Shown here: positions 61,201 to 64,000 of the stretch, piece after piece
How positions within the stretch are numbered: the stretch's first letter is position 1
How the letters are laid out: each line of letters opens with the position of its first letter
Notes under the pieces: generated by a model
The model's database searches: none
Seen by the model: the letters and a program-made list of their open reading frames with translations, nothing else
What the model was told of the DNA's origin: nothing
Translations under genes and position numbers: made by a program
Assembly: GCA_030704615.1 (NCBI GenBank)
Contig: CM060733.1
Span: 48,918,001 to 48,982,000, forward strand
Source: Takakia lepidozioides
Taxonomy: Eukaryota; Plantae; Bryophyta
Reading direction: 5' to 3'
DNA: 64,000 bases

Positions 61201-64000
61201 GGCTATAGCAATCGCAGTTTCATGAGTATAGTAATTCTCTTGCAGCCTTCCCTCCTCTTCTCATCTTCTTCCCTTCAACTAGTATTACCAACAGAAAGGC
61301 CTGCATTAAAGCCTAAATCTGACTAAATTCTGAACAAATATCTTCTCTTCCTGATCAAACATCAACTGCATGATTACCTTACGCATGCGCTCAGCTAGCT
61401 CAACATGGGCAGCCTTGTTTGCATAATCGTCCCCTGACTTTGTTAACCCCTGCTCGCCCAATGTGAGAAGTAATTAGCAACAAGGCAAGCTATTTACAGA
61501 TATAATTCTCATCATTGAAGAATCATGAATGAAGTTTGGTTGCTATTTCCCTTAATTATTCCCCATTTGAAAAAGAGGCCTATCTCTTACAGAGTGGGTC
61601 TAAAAAGATATATGTCTGAGAAGGGCTTTAGAACATCATGCAACAAATTCCGCCCTGAGAGAGATGGGAGGTCGATTTCAAGACCTTTGTGATAACCAGC
61701 AGAGAGAGATCCATGCGATTCATGAGCAGATCAGATATGGTGTTTTTAACAAACTGCACAGCTCCAGGAATGTTGCGATCAATGAGAATTTTCTGAAGGC
61801 ACTCAGTCACCAAATTTTTCACCAGCAAGCAATTATCCCTCCTCACTGTCTCTATCCCTGCATCCAAAATGTGATAATGCATTGAAAACATTTGTCAGTC
61901 TCTACTTTTATAATCGTCACAAATCTGTCTGTCTGCGTATGTCAACACACGGTCCAACTGTGCCTAGTCACACTGTGCCTTGTGCCTTCTTGTAGAGAGG
62001 GAAAAAACTATTTGATCCAAGACACATCACAAGTCATCAGTCTCTCAGTTAAGAGTCTTTCTCACATCTCCCTCCACTGTCTTCTCACAGATAGTCCGTC
62101 CTTGGCAGAAGACTCCAGCTACAAGGACCTGAAGTGCTTAGCAGCTTACCTGCAATCTCAGCAATGTTTGGGGTGCAGTTCTATTTTGTCTGGCTGTCAC
62201 AGGCCCTCTGGTCCTCTGGGGTAGCAAGTCAGTTGAGCTTCAATGGTTGTCTAGGAGTCAAACACACTGCAACTGGTACAATCTCTAAATAAAATTAGGA
62301 CAGCAGATAGGCTGAAAATAGTCAAGAGATCAAGGTAACTTGCTACCTTTAGTATCCATTTTGTCATATTTCTCTGCCTTGGTCCAGAGAAGCCCGGCAT
62401 ATCGCTTTTTACTGATGAGCAAGTACGGAAAGTACACCTTTTCAAACTCCAATTTAATGGGCTGTATTTCAAAACCACCACATGAAGCACAGGAAAATTC
62501 ACCAACCAAGAAAGCGTCAGTCTCCTCTTTCTTCTCTTTGGCAAGGAAGGGACCATCCTAGAAGAACAGAACTCTGGGAAAACATTCATTTCCCCATAGG
62601 CCTCCTTTCTTCTCTTTCCCCGTCTGTAGACCGTGACTGGTCATGTGACAAAATTGGGGACTACAGCTGTACGGCTGGAACCAACATATCAGCTTGTACA
62701 TCACATGCGTAATACACTGTGACGAGAATTGACATTGGCATGCAAGCACAAAGAATTTTTTTGAGTTGAGCCTCAAATGTACCCTGGTAGGCTGAAACCC
62801 CCCAGCTGGCTCCAGGAGGGTTAGCAGACTGTGCCCTCAAGGGAAGCCCATAGCCAATGTTTGCAGGAGCCAACAACATGTACTTCTCTCTCCAACAAAC
62901 CTATGGGTACAACCACCCCTCTCCACCTCCCATACCAAAGACTGTAAACTTCCAGTACAAACCTTGGACCCGGACTGCTACGTCCCTGATAGAAAATTCT
63001 CAAAACAGACCCACTGTGCAGTTAGTGGCAAATTGTACCTTGGTAAATGTGTTGCTGATATGCTCAGCTGCTTCCCTTCCCAGCTTCATGGACTCTTCTA
63101 CAGTGGGAACTCCAAACTGTACCATTACCGAATCTGTGTCTCCATACACTACCTGATCCCTCAAACCCCACAAGCACTAAGAAGATGAGAACATGCCTTG
63201 ATATCACCAGGCCAGAACATCAATACTTCAACTTTATGTACATGTCTGTATCTTCCATAGTCCTTTCTGGTCAAGGATGTAACAGAAGTCGAATGCACAA
63301 GAAAACCTCAACTTCCAACTGTTTCTCTACCCCACTCCCTTGCTACCTTTCCATGACCCTCTGCTCTGTCTTCCCATGTTCAGGCATTGGTCATGAAAGA
63401 AATGGCATGTAAACTAAGGTATTGAACCTGCCAGGGGCACACAAACCTCAGCATCATGACCATAGCCATTGCTTATGCTGAAACGCTCTTGCACAAGCTT
63501 TTTAGTGTGTTCAATCATCTGTCGCCCTACCACCAATCCATGTACACACCTGTTAATCGTCAGAAGGCAAGGCAAAATCTGTTGCAATGGTCAACAAAAC
63601 AAACATCTATTTGTTTCACAGCCATTGAGACCTGTGCTGGTAAAATCTCGGAATTGACTCAGTTTGATGACATTCCGGCCAATCACTCTGGTTCACGTTC
63701 AGGCATACTAATCCAGGGAGGTATGAACACATGGCGTCACTCTAATAAGGGCGTCATTCTGTGGTGTAAGATATGTCATCATTATAACTCAATTCCATGA
63801 TACATTGATAAGAGTAATTAGAGGACATTGGGTTTCTTGGGCCAAGAAATCTCTTTAGTTACGTACTCAACTGTTTGCAAGTGGCTTCACATTACTGTAA
63901 GACTACCTGTGAGTAGTTAATTACCATAGCTGGTCACACTGGAGGAGATCTCAAGGCAAGGAAGCTGCCCAATAGTTGCTCCAGTGAATCCGTACACTGA
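58267..64000 (-). CDS. POLD1: DNA polymerase delta catalytic subunit, 3' exons (5' part outside window)
   Basis: Exons encode [42 protein letters not shown] (from 63152), [73 protein letters not shown], and the CysA/CysB motifs CIGC..CQHC and [23 protein letters not shown]. Stop at 58267-58269. Confidence 0.97.

Overview
Nuclear DNA from a seed-free land plant, probably a bryophyte. This is inferred from GT-AG introns, PLS/DYW PPR remnants and a CFAP97-like flagellar gene. The left ~38 kb is a nest of decayed transposons: the 3' half of a non-chromovirus Ty3/gypsy element with a ~1,180-aa extra ORF, an internally deleted LINE, a CACTA element with a TNP2 pseudogene inserted into the LTR of a chromovirus-type Ty3/gypsy element, a second CACTA end followed by shuffled PLS-PPR/DYW fragments, a chromodomain integrase tail, an isolated LTR, and several FCP1/NIF (HAD phosphatase-like) domain remnants. 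The right ~26 kb holds host genes: an intact 9-exon mitochondrial uncoupling protein gene (306 aa), a 3-exon probable plastid protein, a CFAP97-like gene and the 3' part of DNA polymerase delta. The most interesting signal is two remnants that appear to belong to one intron-rich gene family lying among transposons. One has a ParB/Srx-like exon (7448-7737, +). The other has a permuted-methyltransferase-like motif, an acidic linker and two NIF domains (27520-31848, -). They share a 22-bp palindrome found only in their predicted introns, which suggests a eukaryotic ParB/parS-like self-recognition system. All domain calls are by-eye motif recognition; no searches were run.
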